Shown: positions 38,539 to 48,358 of the stretch, in pieces
Layout: every line of letters begins with the position of its first letter
How positions within the stretch are numbered: the stretch's first letter is position 1
IMG/VR virus record: IMGVR_UViG_3300018080_000115
Location: 76,695 to 138,362 of that record
Strand: one strand, 5' to 3'
From: a virus
Length of the DNA: 61,668 bases
Translations under genes and position numbers: made by a program
The notes under the pieces: generated by a model
What the model was told of the DNA's origin: nothing
Database searches by the model: none
The model's input: only the letters and a program-made list of their open reading frames with translations

Positions 38539-40652
38539 TTCGTTTCGATAAAATAATTATCAAGGGATATAAGTCGTACCAAACAGAAACGACATTTGAG
38601 TTTGCAAACAGCGGTATGTGGTTTTTTCATGGTGAAAACGGAGTCGGCAAAACAAATCTAATTGAAGCATTGGGTTGGTGCCTGACGGGAAAGACCTTCA
38701 AGGGACTGCTCGTTGATCAAGTCATCAATTGGACTCAGCCGAAGAACGGCGTCAGCGTCATCCTGTATTTTTCCGTCGTTTCATCATCGGACGACAGTGC
38801 CTCTCAATATCGCATCACAAGAGCGCGCAAAGGACGCAGACCGACCCTTGAAATCGCGCAAAAACGATCCAAGCAGTTCCGCAAAATCGGCACGGAAGAT
38901 CCGCAAGCGGTCATTGATGAACTGATCGGCCTGACATGGGAAGAACTGCTTGCATCCGTGATCTATCACGCCGAAGACTTTCAGTCCTTCATTGAGTCGG
39001 GAGCGGAAGAACGTCAGCGTTTTCTGGAACACATCTTTCAGCTTGATCGATTCGACGATGCCCAAAAGATTGCAATCGATAAGCGTCGCGAAGCGAAGCG
39101 CGTCAGAGATGATGTCAAGATCGGACTCTTATCCGTCCAATCGACTTTGACGGATGCGGAAGGCAGAGTCGAAGTGCAAAAGAACAAGCATGATGAATAT
39201 GAACATAATCGTTCAAACCGTCTTTCTGAAATAAACAATGTGTTGCAGCAGCTTCACCGGTTGTCTGCGGACCATGAAAACGTCCGGTCGGCATGGAAAA
39301 AGAAAGAAGAATCGGAAGCAAAAATCGAGGAAGCGCAGAAAAGCCTGAGTGCCGCGATTGCCAACAAGCACGAGACTGAGAAAAAACGCAACGAAGCGAT
39401 TGTAGAAAAGAATTCCCAAATTTCCGATCTTCAAAACGAATGTCATGAAGCATTGCAGAAAAAACAGAATGCACAGTCGTCATATCAAATGCAGCGTCAA
39501 GCACTTGAGTCCGCACTGACGCTCAAAAAGTCTGAAAAAGACCATTGCGAAACGAATGTGCGCAACGCTTTTGACGTCTTCAAACGCGCTAAGCAAAACT
39601 ACCAAAAGATCAACAGTGAAGATGCGACGTGTCCTCAATGCGGCCAAACGCTTCCAATGCATCAGCAATCCGATCTGCTTCAGAACGCTGGTCATGAAAT
39701 GATGGAAGCAGAAGAACGAATGAAGACCTTGGCGCATTCTCTCCGTACAGCGGCCAGCGAATCAGACCAAGCCCAAGCAACGCTTGATGCGCTTCTGATG
39801 CAACAGCCTGACGTTGACGTTTTCGATGCTCAGATCCAAGCGGTCAATGAAAAAATTTCAACTTTATACGAACAAGTTAAAAATATAAAAAAAGAATATG
39901 GTTCAAAAATAGAAGGGATCAATGAATCAATCGACGATCTATATAGAATCATAAACGAAATACAGAATTCTATCGTAACCCCATCGATTACGCTTGAAGA
40001 ATTGGAGCAGACCGCCGACAAGATCAAGCATCAAGAAACACTGCACGAAAGCGTCTCGGCAGAAACCAACCCGTTTGCCGAGTCCCATAAAGCGGCAGTT
40101 GAATTCGTCGAACATCAAAGAACGATCGTGCGGGAACATGAACAGAAGTCCGTCAAGGCCGAACATGACCTTGAAGTCGCTTCGTTCCTGGCAGATGTCT
40201 TCAAGTCCAAAATCAAGGCTTCCGTGATCCAAAGCATCATTCCCGTGTTGAACTTCCACGTTTCGACTATCCTCAACTCTCTGCTTCCTGATTTTGAAAT
40301 CAGCTTCGATGAGCACATGAGCGTAAAGATCATCAAGGACGGCTCCATTGAAATCGAAAATCCGAAATCCCTCTCCACCGGTCAACGTGCATCGGTGAAC
40401 TTCACCGTCTGTCTTGCCGTCTATCATACGCTTCGTCAAGTGCGCGGAATGGCGTTCAACGTGACGTTCTTTGATGAACTGCTTGACATCGGGCTGGACT
40501 CGCAGAGACAACAAATCGCCTTTGAACTGCTTCGCGGAATGGGACAAGCCGTCTACATCGTCAGCCATCGCGACGAAAGTGATTTCGTCGACTTCGATGG
40601 TTCCGTGAAAGTGGAAATGAAGAACGGAACGACAACCCTGGAAACATTCTGA
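38535..40652 (+). CDS. recombination ATPase subunit, gp46/SbcC/Rad50-like
   Basis: GENGVGKT, coiled coil with CPQC zinc hook, LSTGQ, FFDE, VSH. Confidence 0.93.
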   Translation: MIRFDKIIIKGYKSYQTETTFEFANSGMWFFHGENGVGKTNLIEALGWCLTGKTFKGLLVDQVINWTQPKNGVSVILYFSVVSSSDDSASQYRITRARKGRRPTLEIAQKRSKQFRKIGTEDPQAVIDELIGLTWEELLASVIYHAEDFQSFIESGAEERQRFLEHIFQLDRFDDAQKIAIDKRREAKRVRDDVKIGLLSVQSTLTDAEGRVEVQKNKHDEYEHNRSNRLSEINNVLQQLHRLSADHENVRSAWKKKEESEAKIEEAQKSLSAAIANKHETEKKRNEAIVEKNSQISDLQNECHEALQKKQNAQSSYQMQRQALESALTLKKSEKDHCETNVRNAFDVFKRAKQNYQKINSEDATCPQCGQTLPMHQQSDLLQNAGHEMMEAEERMKTLAHSLRTAASESDQAQATLDALLMQQPDVDVFDAQIQAVNEKISTLYEQVKNIKKEYGSKIEGINESIDDLYRIINEIQNSIVTPSITLEELEQTADKIKHQETLHESVSAETNPFAESHKAAVEFVEHQRTIVREHEQKSVKAEHDLEVASFLADVFKSKIKASVIQSIIPVLNFHVSTILNSLLPDFEISFDEHMSVKIIKDGSIEIENPKSLSTGQRASVNFTVCLAVYHTLRQVRGMAFNVTFFDELLDIGLDSQRQQIAFELLRGMGQAVYIVSHRDESDFVDFDGSVKVEMKNGTTTLETF

Positions 40653-40842
40653 CGACTGCGGGGAAGGAAGGAGGCACGTAATGAATAAACAAGACTTGAA
40701 CCTCTAAACGTCAAAAAGGAAACAGAATACCCAAATAATTTCAAAGGTTTACAACAATCATTTTAGTCGTAACAATAGTAAGACTTCTCTTGACCTTCCT
40801 AGAATTTCCTATTCCATCGTCATCGTTTCCCTTCTGTTCCGC

Positions 40843-41182
40843 TTATTCAGTGAAGTTGGAAAACGAAGGCGGCTCCGCCATGGATGTTCGACGGCGTCCA
40901 TCAGGAGATGCATTCCTGATCTTCTCCATCTCCCTTTCCTGCCTCTTCTTGATCTCTTCGTTTTCTTGAATCCAGCTCTCAAAGAATGTCTCAAGCCAAT
41001 AGAGTGGAATATCCATCAGCCAGTCTGGCGGAAAGTGGCAATGCCGCACCAATACATACATGCGTTGCAAGTGGTACTTTTGCCACTTCTCATTTTCTTC
41101 AACCCACCTATTGATTTCTTGGTAATACTCTGATTCGCTGAGATCAGTCGTCCAACGCGGCTGCGGGTAATGTTGCCCGAAA
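40843..41182 (-). CDS. gp51-like baseplate hub/tail assembly chaperone extension, probably reached by +1 frameshift
   Basis: Frame open from 41259 to stop 40843; YVLVRHCHF..DWLMDIP..W resembles gp51; no ATG before the protein-like FFGQHYP...EYYQEINRW segment. Confidence 0.6.
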
Positions 41183-42160
41183 AAAGGCGGGCGTGATCCT
41201 GACGATGCTTTGGAACTTCGAGCCGCATGAGGGGCATGGCTTCGGACTGAATTGCAAGTTCATGCCGAATTGGTATTTTCCAGCCATCTGTTGAATGATT
41301 GAAATATCATGAGCGGTTATTCCCATCAGCCATTGATGGATGGTCGCCTTTTCCTCTCCGATTCCTTCTACGTACTGAACACAGGTTTCCAGTTCATCCA
41401 TGACCCTTTGATTCAGATTCGAATTCGGAGCGGGCGGTATTTTCTTGCCGCGCTGTGCATTCTGTGCACGCTGCTGCTTGCGATAGTCTTCCTTCAGATC
41501 CAATTCAATCGCCTGACGCCACGTCGCAGGCATGATATGGACTTCCTTGCCTTCTTGCAGCCATTCCCTCTGAATGACGATCGGAAGCTTCGGATCATTC
41601 TCCAAATATTCAGTGGGAAGATCGGCTTCCAGATCCACCGAATCGCTGAAGACTTCATCGCATTTCGGACACTCAAGTTCCATCTCGTAATTGCGCCCAT
41701 AAGACACGATGCGAAGAGCCATGATCAAAGCATAGCTATCCTCTTCGAGCAAATCAATGACATCCATCCCTGCAGGGAGCCCGCTGACGCATTCGCGCAA
41801 AATCGTAGGCTGCGCCTGTTGAGAAACCCACAACGCAGGAGTGCTCAACTGCATCAACTGCCGCATGCCCATGGCTCGCACATTCAGGCTGTCGGGCATA
41901 TTTGGTTGATTCGGATACATCTTGCCCAAGGATGGGAGTTTAACCGAGATTGACGGCAATGGTTGATTGAGCGAAATCTCCTCTCCGCTCTTCAGGTTGC
42001 GCGTTTGTTCGACCAAGGACGCCGTTGGTTTCGACGAAACAGGGACATCAAGGGGAGACGACGGCTGCTGTTGATTGATGTCATTGGAAAACACGTCAAC
42101 CAGTTCGCCTGTAGTCTTCTGTTTATTCGAATCAGGCGGAATATCCTTTTTCCCGGTCAT
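41144..42160 (-). CDS. baseplate hub subunit / tail assembly chaperone, T4 gp26-like
   Basis: VKLPSLGK.YP, VRAM, D..AL..ALR.VSYG..Y, CPKC, CPSCG, ITPAFF. Confidence 0.8.
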   Translation of the reverse strand: MTGKKDIPPDSNKQKTTGELVDVFSNDINQQQPSSPLDVPVSSKPTASLVEQTRNLKSGEEISLNQPLPSISVKLPSLGKMYPNQPNMPDSLNVRAMGMRQLMQLSTPALWVSQQAQPTILRECVSGLPAGMDVIDLLEEDSYALIMALRIVSYGRNYEMELECPKCDEVFSDSVDLEADLPTEYLENDPKLPIVIQREWLQEGKEVHIMPATWRQAIELDLKEDYRKQQRAQNAQRGKKIPPAPNSNLNQRVMDELETCVQYVEGIGEEKATIHQWLMGITAHDISIIQQMAGKYQFGMNLQFSPKPCPSCGSKFQSIVRITPAFFRATLPAAALDD

Positions 42161-42223
42161 CTTTTCTTCTCCTGAAAATTGGGAACGCTTTCAATACCAA
42201 CCTTCATGCATTAATAACACAAA

Positions 42224-42256
42224 CGCGCCGAAGAAAGCAAGCGTTTCTTCGGCGCG
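42224..42256. terminator. terminator hairpin after tail tube
   Basis: Perfect 13-bp IR CGCGCCGAAGAAA/TTTCTTCGGCGCG. Confidence 0.7.
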
Positions 42257-42327
42257 AAAACAAGGAAGAAGACGGTGATGATGAAAAAGTCCAAACCCAA
42301 CCGCCGTCTGTGTGAAGGAACAGACGC

Positions 42328-43014
42328 TTAGTTCGGACTGAAGAATCCAGGCTCAGGCTGCAACTGCTCGGAAGCGTCGACAGGTTCGGTCTTGGTGTCG
42401 GGAGCGATCCGATAGACCTTGCTGAACTGGAACGTGACGTCGACAGTCAAACCGGATGCTTCATCCGACCAATCCAGATCGCCCATTCCGATGGAAGTCG
42501 GGAAAATTCCCAAATACATCCATCGTTCAATTGGCGTCTCATTGTTGGCAAACAGCGTAATGAACGCATCGGTTTGGTACTCGGATGCCAAGCCCACGTT
42601 GCCGGTCGACGGGTTGTACATCAACAGGAACCAATTGTACATCAACTGACCCGCACTGATTTGACCGCCGTTTCCATCAGGGTGCGGAGACTCGACGCCG
42701 TCACGCTGGAAGTCGTAGTTGACGCCGATTGTCGGAAGAGCATCGTACATTTTGCAGCTCAAACTTGTCTCAACCGACTGCTTGCCCGCGACATACCACT
42801 TTTCCGATCCGTGGTGCATTTCGACGGTTCCAACGCCTAGCGTCGGTCGCGAAGCTGTGCTCAATGCGATGGACAGGCTATGTCTGAACTGATCCGTGCC
42901 GAACGTGGACGCAAACTGCATGATCCAATAGGATGCACGCTTGACGTCATAGCGCCCGAAATCAGAAAACTGATTGCCGGTCTTCGCATTTCCTGTGATA
43001 CCGAGAACGCCCAT
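42328..43014 (-). CDS. tail tube protein, gp19-like
   Basis: ASRP, YVAGK, YNP.TG.VGLASEY, IERW...GIFPTS..GDLDW; follows sheath. Confidence 0.88.
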   Translation of the reverse strand: MGVLGITGNAKTGNQFSDFGRYDVKRASYWIMQFASTFGTDQFRHSLSIALSTASRPTLGVGTVEMHHGSEKWYVAGKQSVETSLSCKMYDALPTIGVNYDFQRDGVESPHPDGNGGQISAGQLMYNWFLLMYNPSTGNVGLASEYQTDAFITLFANNETPIERWMYLGIFPTSIGMGDLDWSDEASGLTVDVTFQFSKVYRIAPDTKTEPVDASEQLQPEPGFFSPN

Positions 43015-43089
43015 TTTTTTGCTGCCTTACTTTTCTTACTGAACCAACACGAATCTACTACATTATTGTAGTAGTATCATATTAGATTC

Positions 43090-43220
43090 ATGAAAGTTTC
43101 CTGCCCAACGCGACTTGATTTCAGTTGTTTCAACTGCAATCAGCGGTCTACGAGACGACAGGCTGTCACCGATAAGCCATCGGCCATTGAGGTGATGAAT
43201 GGTTCCCCAACATCACTCTC
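43090..43220 (-). ncRNA. candidate multi-hairpin structured RNA/leader between sheath and tube
   Basis: Five back-to-back stem-loops downstream of a late-promoter-like motif. Confidence 0.35.
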
Positions 43221-43234
43221 TAAAGATTATCTTA

Positions 43235-43267
43235 GATCCAAGACAGGCAATCAACCTGTCTTGGATC
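43235..43267. terminator. hairpin after tail sheath
   Basis: Perfect 13-bp IR GATCCAAGACAGG/CCTGTCTTGGATC; no clear U-tract. Confidence 0.55.
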
Positions 43268-43284
43268 AATTTTCAATCACGCTA

Positions 43285-46200
43285 TCAGATGCCGGTTTCG
43301 CTGAAAGCTTGACCGGCCTGTGCAATGATGAACGGCACTTCGATGATTTCCGTAGCCGTCTGCGGCTCAAGGAAAATCAGAATGCGCATGCGCTTGTTCT
43401 GGATATGGAAATTGGTAGTTGCATCTTTGACCTTGAACCTCACTACGCCGCGCCTCTTCATGACGTCGCTCATGATGTTCTCAAGTCCGTCCACCAATTC
43501 ATCACGCGCCACCTTGTCGTTCGGATCGAACAAGTACACCATCGAACCCAGCTCGACGACGCGGTTGAGGTAGCACATGAGTCTGCGAACGTGGATGCGG
43601 TTCGTCATGACGTTCAGACGTTCGAACGTCTTTTCTCCGAACAACAGAATTCCGGCCGAATCCATGTCGACGATCGGATTGACGCTTTGACCTTCGGCAT
43701 ACAGAAGATCCCGCGTGCCCATGTCGGGACTGTACTGCACATCATCCGCCAATTCGAACACACCGCGTTTCAAGCCCGCTGGCGCAAACCATTGTTCGCT
43801 TGTTGCATCGCTCGCCGCAAACAAGCCAGGAGTGAACGCGCCCGGAGGAAGCCAAATGTCCTGCTTGTTGTAGGTATCACGGTAGCGCATCCATGTCGAA
43901 CCGGGCAGGTAGCCGTAGGAACTGGTGAGCGCCTTGGTATTGCCATATCCGCCGCGTCCGTTGTGCCAATCGAGAATCTGAAGCGGCTGCAAGCCGAACG
44001 GCGGGTCAAACGCGAAGATGGCGTCTTTGCGATCGGTTGCGATAGAGACAAGCGCATTGTACAGTGAAGTGTCGCTCAAGCCAGGAACGGACAGATGGTT
44101 CACGAAGTAGGCGTTCTTGTCGCTGAAGACTTGCAGTCCTGTCGGACCATCATAGGTCGAATCGTAGCCGACTCCGATATAGTCGTCCACGCTCAAACCG
44201 TCGATTCCGTTCGCGCCGCCCGACAGAGAATAAGTCGCTTCCTTGAACTTGCCGCCCGTGTACTCCTGTTCCGTTGTCGCAAGATCTTCGTCGAATTCGA
44301 AAACGATCCACGGATTCGGATTGGTTCCATCGTCCGCATCCGTTTCCGTTCCAAGAACGTCTTCGATGAACGTACCTTCCCCGGTTGGACCGGTCGTCCC
44401 ATCAGCATCCGGATCGGGAGAAACTTCATTGTAAGAAGCAACCGCTTCACCGTTCACATAGATCGTGATTTTCGAGGTATTCGGTGCAAAGAAGAGCGGA
44501 TCGGTGTCTTCGAACTGAATCTTGACATTGCCTTCCGCAGCATTCGCCCACGTGCCAGGAGAAACAGCATATGCTGTGCCGCATTCCGCGTCCGTCTCGG
44601 TGCCGTTGTAGGTCGCCGCAAGGCCGAAGTCACCACCAAGATCAATGTTCGGAGTCGTTACCACGATTGCGGCCGACGCGCCGGTCTGAGAGCTGACAAT
44701 CTTGACTTGCGAAGCCGCGCCCGTACCCACCACGCTGATCAACGAACCAAGACCGGTTTCGCGCTGCAAAGCATCCACTACTTCAGCGGCCGTTGCCGCG
44801 CTCTGATCGATGATCGCGGTTCCTGCGTAGTCGCTGAAGTTGATGCTGTAAGCGTCTCCGTCGACCGTGAAGGCGAAGAGCGGAGAACCGGAACCCGTCT
44901 GAGCAGCGCCGGTATACAAACTGAAGTCGAGAGCCACGTTGTCAACAATTGTGCGAAGCTTGGAAGAACTTCCCTTCGTCGCGCTGGTGATTCGCAGCAT
45001 GCCCGTGCTTGCGGAAGCGATCCCATCAAGACTGGCATCAACTGCCCGCGCCTTCGCATTGACGGCGTCCACCACTTCTGCAATCGTCGCCGCGCTTTGA
45101 CTGGTGAACGCATAATCGTTGAAGTCTATGTCGACCGTCCAAAGATCGTCGACCGTGAACGTGAACTTGGCCCAACCTTCGCCCCAATCGTCCTTGGACA
45201 GCATGCTGCGAGCGGAATCGTAGAAAGTCGCGGTATTCGGGTTGTATGAACGCCGGTAATTGGCGTTTGCCGTTGCAACGCCGGTTGACCATGGACCATA
45301 AGCGGCTCCAGGCATTTGGGTTGCCGCCGTCATGGCGTAGTTGATGGAATCGTGTCCAATGACTTCGCCGTGCACCACTTCGGTAGCAGGATTGCCACTG
45401 ACCGTCAGCGTTGTCAGACTCAATTCGAGACGATAAACGCCGCCGCCCGGATTGGTGTCAAGGTACGCCCACGAACCAGCGCCTGCAACAACATTGACTC
45501 CGTTCGCTTGGACCAGAGTGATGATGTCCACCGGGCATTCCAATGGTCCGAGAGAATCGCTGACCAACAACGACGTGCCCAACCATGACGTGCCTGTCGG
45601 GACCACTCCGATGATCGCATAGTGCGTAACAGCGCCGATCAGGAATCCGACCTTCATCCAACAGATCCAATTGTTGGAACCCGCAGGAACATCGATATTG
45701 ACCGGCGCACCAGCCGTTGCGATGGTGCCCGCCGCAATGGTGAACGTGTCTGTCGGACCACCGCCCGCCACCGCATATAGATCGGCATGACGGCTGTTTC
45801 TGCGGACCCATCCGACCGAAGACGAAGTGTCCACAATGTTCGTCACGTTGTGCACCGTTGCGCCGACATCCGTGATTTGCAATGGACCGCTGTTGTCAAT
45901 GTACAGAATCAGATCGCCATGATTGTAGACCCGCGTGACCGTGAGTTGTACTGCTGGAACCGCAGCGTCTTGCAGAGTATCGCCCGCTTGTACTGTCGTG
46001 ACGTTATTGAGGTATTGGAACGAGACAACGTCATCTTCCGGTGTCGGATTCGGAGGAGTCGGAACGCCTGCAATCGTCGCACCAGCAAAGACAAGATCGA
46101 CATCGCCGCCAGTATCGACCGCAGCGCGATAGATATCGAGTTTCAGACCAGCCGTGAAGCCGCCAATTGCGCCAACGGTCACTTGTCCCACAGCCAGACC

Positions 46201-48069
46201 GCTGCCAGGAGCATCCAAGACACACCCGACCAAGACCGCCGCCAAGGCGGCTTCGAAGGCGGTCTTTCCAGCGACGTCTACATCAAGCGAGGTCGAAATC
46301 AAATCGATGTCGCCTGGAACAATTGGCGCGGGAGCGTTCAGCGAAGCAACATTTTTGACCCGCACGATTCCATAATCGTTGCCGGTGCCGAAGTTGAACC
46401 GCAGATAGACTTCGTTATTGTTGACGGCGTCCAATTCCATGCCGTCGAGATTGTTCGGAGTCGTATCCGGTCTGAACCAATTCGCAGCGGTATAGGTGTA
46501 GTTGCCCGACATCGATTCACGATCGGAGTTGTAGTCTTCCGCCCTCACAAACGCATCAAGTCCGTTGTAGTCGCCGGTAAGCTTGATCCGCAAGCCGGAA
46601 TCAATTGCTGCGATCGTCGAACCCCACTCCTGATTGAGCACGTTGACCACTTGAGCGGCAGTCATTGCGGAAGGATGATAGCCGTACGTCGCCAGAGTCG
46701 CGGCATCAAACGAAATGGTATCGGATGCGCTGTCGGTCGTGATTTGGAACTGATTCTGAACCTTCACGTCCCACATCTTGAATCCAAGCATCCACATGGC
46801 CAGCGAAGCGGACGCGCTGTTTCCAGTTGGAGAATCGACCTGTGGGAATGGGAACTTGATATAGGTGTATCCAATCGACTTGCCAGGAGACTGGATTGTG
46901 ACGCTGTTGTCTGTCGGATCGACGAACATGAAGTTGCCAAGCCCGGTCGGTGCGGCTGCGTTTGCAGCGTCCACGAAGTCCTGGATGTTTGCTGCCGTAA
47001 TGGCACCTGCTATCCACGACGTCAACGGAATCGAAAACGTGACTTCGTAGCCGTCAATATAGAGCGTTACGTTCGGATCAATCCCGTATGGCGCGGCTTG
47101 AAGGTTTGCCAGGAAGAGACTCGACAGCGTGTTGATCTCCAAAAGCGTATTTCCTTTGACGCCTGCAACAAAGCTGTAGGTTGTCGGATTATACGCCACT
47201 CCACTGTTTTCAGAATTATTGAGCAATGCTTCGGCTGGTTCACCAAGATTGAACGGCCCGGTATTTGCGCCGGTCATGACCGCTGCCGTGCCGAGATCAT
47301 ATCCCGCACCCTGAACCGCACTCAGGATTTGAGCGGCTGTCAGACTTTGCACCAGCACGATGTTGCGGCTCCCGTTCACCACCGTCACGCCGGAAGTCCA
47401 ACCGAAGTCGGAAGCAGCATCGGTTCCTGCGGCAGGAGTCAGCACTTCAATGCGGGACAAACCGCTCTTCAATTCCGACCAGAACTTCAGCTTTTGCTTG
47501 CCGCCCGTGATTTCCACGACCGTCGTATAGCCGTAGCGAGGTTCAAGCGTATAGTTCGCGGACAGAACGCTGTTGATCCATTCAGACAAAGCGTTCATCG
47601 TCTCCGTCAGCGTTGAACGCACGAGAGACGCGATGACCGCCGCAGAAAAGATGATGGTGATGTCCTTGGATGATTCGCTGTCGAATCTCAAGCGCAGTCT
47701 CTTGTCCGCAAGAACCTGAATATCAGTCGGCACGGTAAACGCGGTTGCATCCGTCTGTTCCAGTGCCGCTCGATCATCCGTGTTTGCCGTTGCGACAGGG
47801 TCATTGCCGCGCAGTGATCCGATTCGGCTGAACCAAGCTTTGTCGGCGTCCTGATGGAAAATCGTCAAGGCTTGCAATCCATAGTCTTCCAGCAATGGAC
47901 TGCCCCACGCTTCGACCATCGAATCCGGCGAAGACGAAAATCCAGGCTTGTTCAGACGTCCTTTGCGCGCCGCGCCGACAATACCAGCGATTGTCCCTGA
48001 GATTCGCGGCGCGATGGTCGCCAGAGCGATTTCATCCGTCACAACTTTTGGGCTGTCAAAGCTCGTCAT
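43285..48069 (-). CDS. tail sheath protein (gp18-like) with very large insertion
   Basis: N-term SPKV...GIVGAARKG; C-term WFAPAGLKRG, RDLLY...VNPI, GEKT, RIHVRRL, LFDPND; 1594 aa. Confidence 0.93.
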   Translation of the reverse strand: MTSFDSPKVVTDEIALATIAPRISGTIAGIVGAARKGRLNKPGFSSSPDSMVEAWGSPLLEDYGLQALTIFHQDADKAWFSRIGSLRGNDPVATANTDDRAALEQTDATAFTVPTDIQVLADKRLRLRFDSESSKDITIIFSAAVIASLVRSTLTETMNALSEWINSVLSANYTLEPRYGYTTVVEITGGKQKLKFWSELKSGLSRIEVLTPAAGTDAASDFGWTSGVTVVNGSRNIVLVQSLTAAQILSAVQGAGYDLGTAAVMTGANTGPFNLGEPAEALLNNSENSGVAYNPTTYSFVAGVKGNTLLEINTLSSLFLANLQAAPYGIDPNVTLYIDGYEVTFSIPLTSWIAGAITAANIQDFVDAANAAAPTGLGNFMFVDPTDNSVTIQSPGKSIGYTYIKFPFPQVDSPTGNSASASLAMWMLGFKMWDVKVQNQFQITTDSASDTISFDAATLATYGYHPSAMTAAQVVNVLNQEWGSTIAAIDSGLRIKLTGDYNGLDAFVRAEDYNSDRESMSGNYTYTAANWFRPDTTPNNLDGMELDAVNNNEVYLRFNFGTGNDYGIVRVKNVASLNAPAPIVPGDIDLISTSLDVDVAGKTAFEAALAAVLVGCVLDAPGSGLAVGQVTVGAIGGFTAGLKLDIYRAAVDTGGDVDLVFAGATIAGVPTPPNPTPEDDVVSFQYLNNVTTVQAGDTLQDAAVPAVQLTVTRVYNHGDLILYIDNSGPLQITDVGATVHNVTNIVDTSSSVGWVRRNSRHADLYAVAGGGPTDTFTIAAGTIATAGAPVNIDVPAGSNNWICWMKVGFLIGAVTHYAIIGVVPTGTSWLGTSLLVSDSLGPLECPVDIITLVQANGVNVVAGAGSWAYLDTNPGGGVYRLELSLTTLTVSGNPATEVVHGEVIGHDSINYAMTAATQMPGAAYGPWSTGVATANANYRRSYNPNTATFYDSARSMLSKDDWGEGWAKFTFTVDDLWTVDIDFNDYAFTSQSAATIAEVVDAVNAKARAVDASLDGIASASTGMLRITSATKGSSSKLRTIVDNVALDFSLYTGAAQTGSGSPLFAFTVDGDAYSINFSDYAGTAIIDQSAATAAEVVDALQRETGLGSLISVVGTGAASQVKIVSSQTGASAAIVVTTPNIDLGGDFGLAATYNGTETDAECGTAYAVSPGTWANAAEGNVKIQFEDTDPLFFAPNTSKITIYVNGEAVASYNEVSPDPDADGTTGPTGEGTFIEDVLGTETDADDGTNPNPWIVFEFDEDLATTEQEYTGGKFKEATYSLSGGANGIDGLSVDDYIGVGYDSTYDGPTGLQVFSDKNAYFVNHLSVPGLSDTSLYNALVSIATDRKDAIFAFDPPFGLQPLQILDWHNGRGGYGNTKALTSSYGYLPGSTWMRYRDTYNKQDIWLPPGAFTPGLFAASDATSEQWFAPAGLKRGVFELADDVQYSPDMGTRDLLYAEGQSVNPIVDMDSAGILLFGEKTFERLNVMTNRIHVRRLMCYLNRVVELGSMVYLFDPNDKVARDELVDGLENIMSDVMKRRGVVRFKVKDATTNFHIQNKRMRILIFLEPQTATEIIEVPFIIAQAGQAFSETGI

Positions 48070-48130
48070 GCCATGTCTCCATGCGTCTTTTTGAATTCTG
48101 TATCATCAAAGAGTGATGTCTGTAATCTCG

Positions 48131-48316
48131 CTATGCGCTTGCACGCCTATAAGGAGTGATCTTCTTCAGAACTTTTTTTGCGATCAAGTTCTGCATCTGT
48201 GGAGTCAACTCCCTGACGGTGATTTGACAACGCGGCTTCAAGAGAACCGAATTCTCTTGAGCAGCGCGCATCACAAGAGGAATGGTCTGACGTGATCTAT
48301 TTTTCAGCGTGTACAT
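48131..48316 (-). CDS. small virion-associated hypothetical protein
   Basis: 61 aa, RBS GAGGG, immediately upstream of sheath. Confidence 0.65.
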   Translation of the reverse strand: MYTLKNRSRQTIPLVMRAAQENSVLLKPRCQITVRELTPQMQNLIAKKVLKKITPYRRASA

Positions 48317-48358
48317 TGCGTTTCCCTCGAAGTGAAATTGTCACCGGTTTGCAACAAT

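Noticed and set aside
41016-41237. -1 frameshift product of the gp26-like gene
   Set aside because: The -1 frame gives a short unconvincing peptide; the gp51-like sequence is in the +1 frame
43108-43146. Hammerhead ribozyme (CUGA...stem...GAAA on minus strand)
   Set aside because: Core reads CUGAUUGC rather than CUGANGA, and no stems I/III are evident
45787-47616. Long plus-strand ORFs opposite sheath, capsid, scaffold, helicase and DnaE (e.g. 609, 514, 522, 375, 338 aa)
   Set aside because: Antisense shadows of codon-biased real genes; no recognisable motifs
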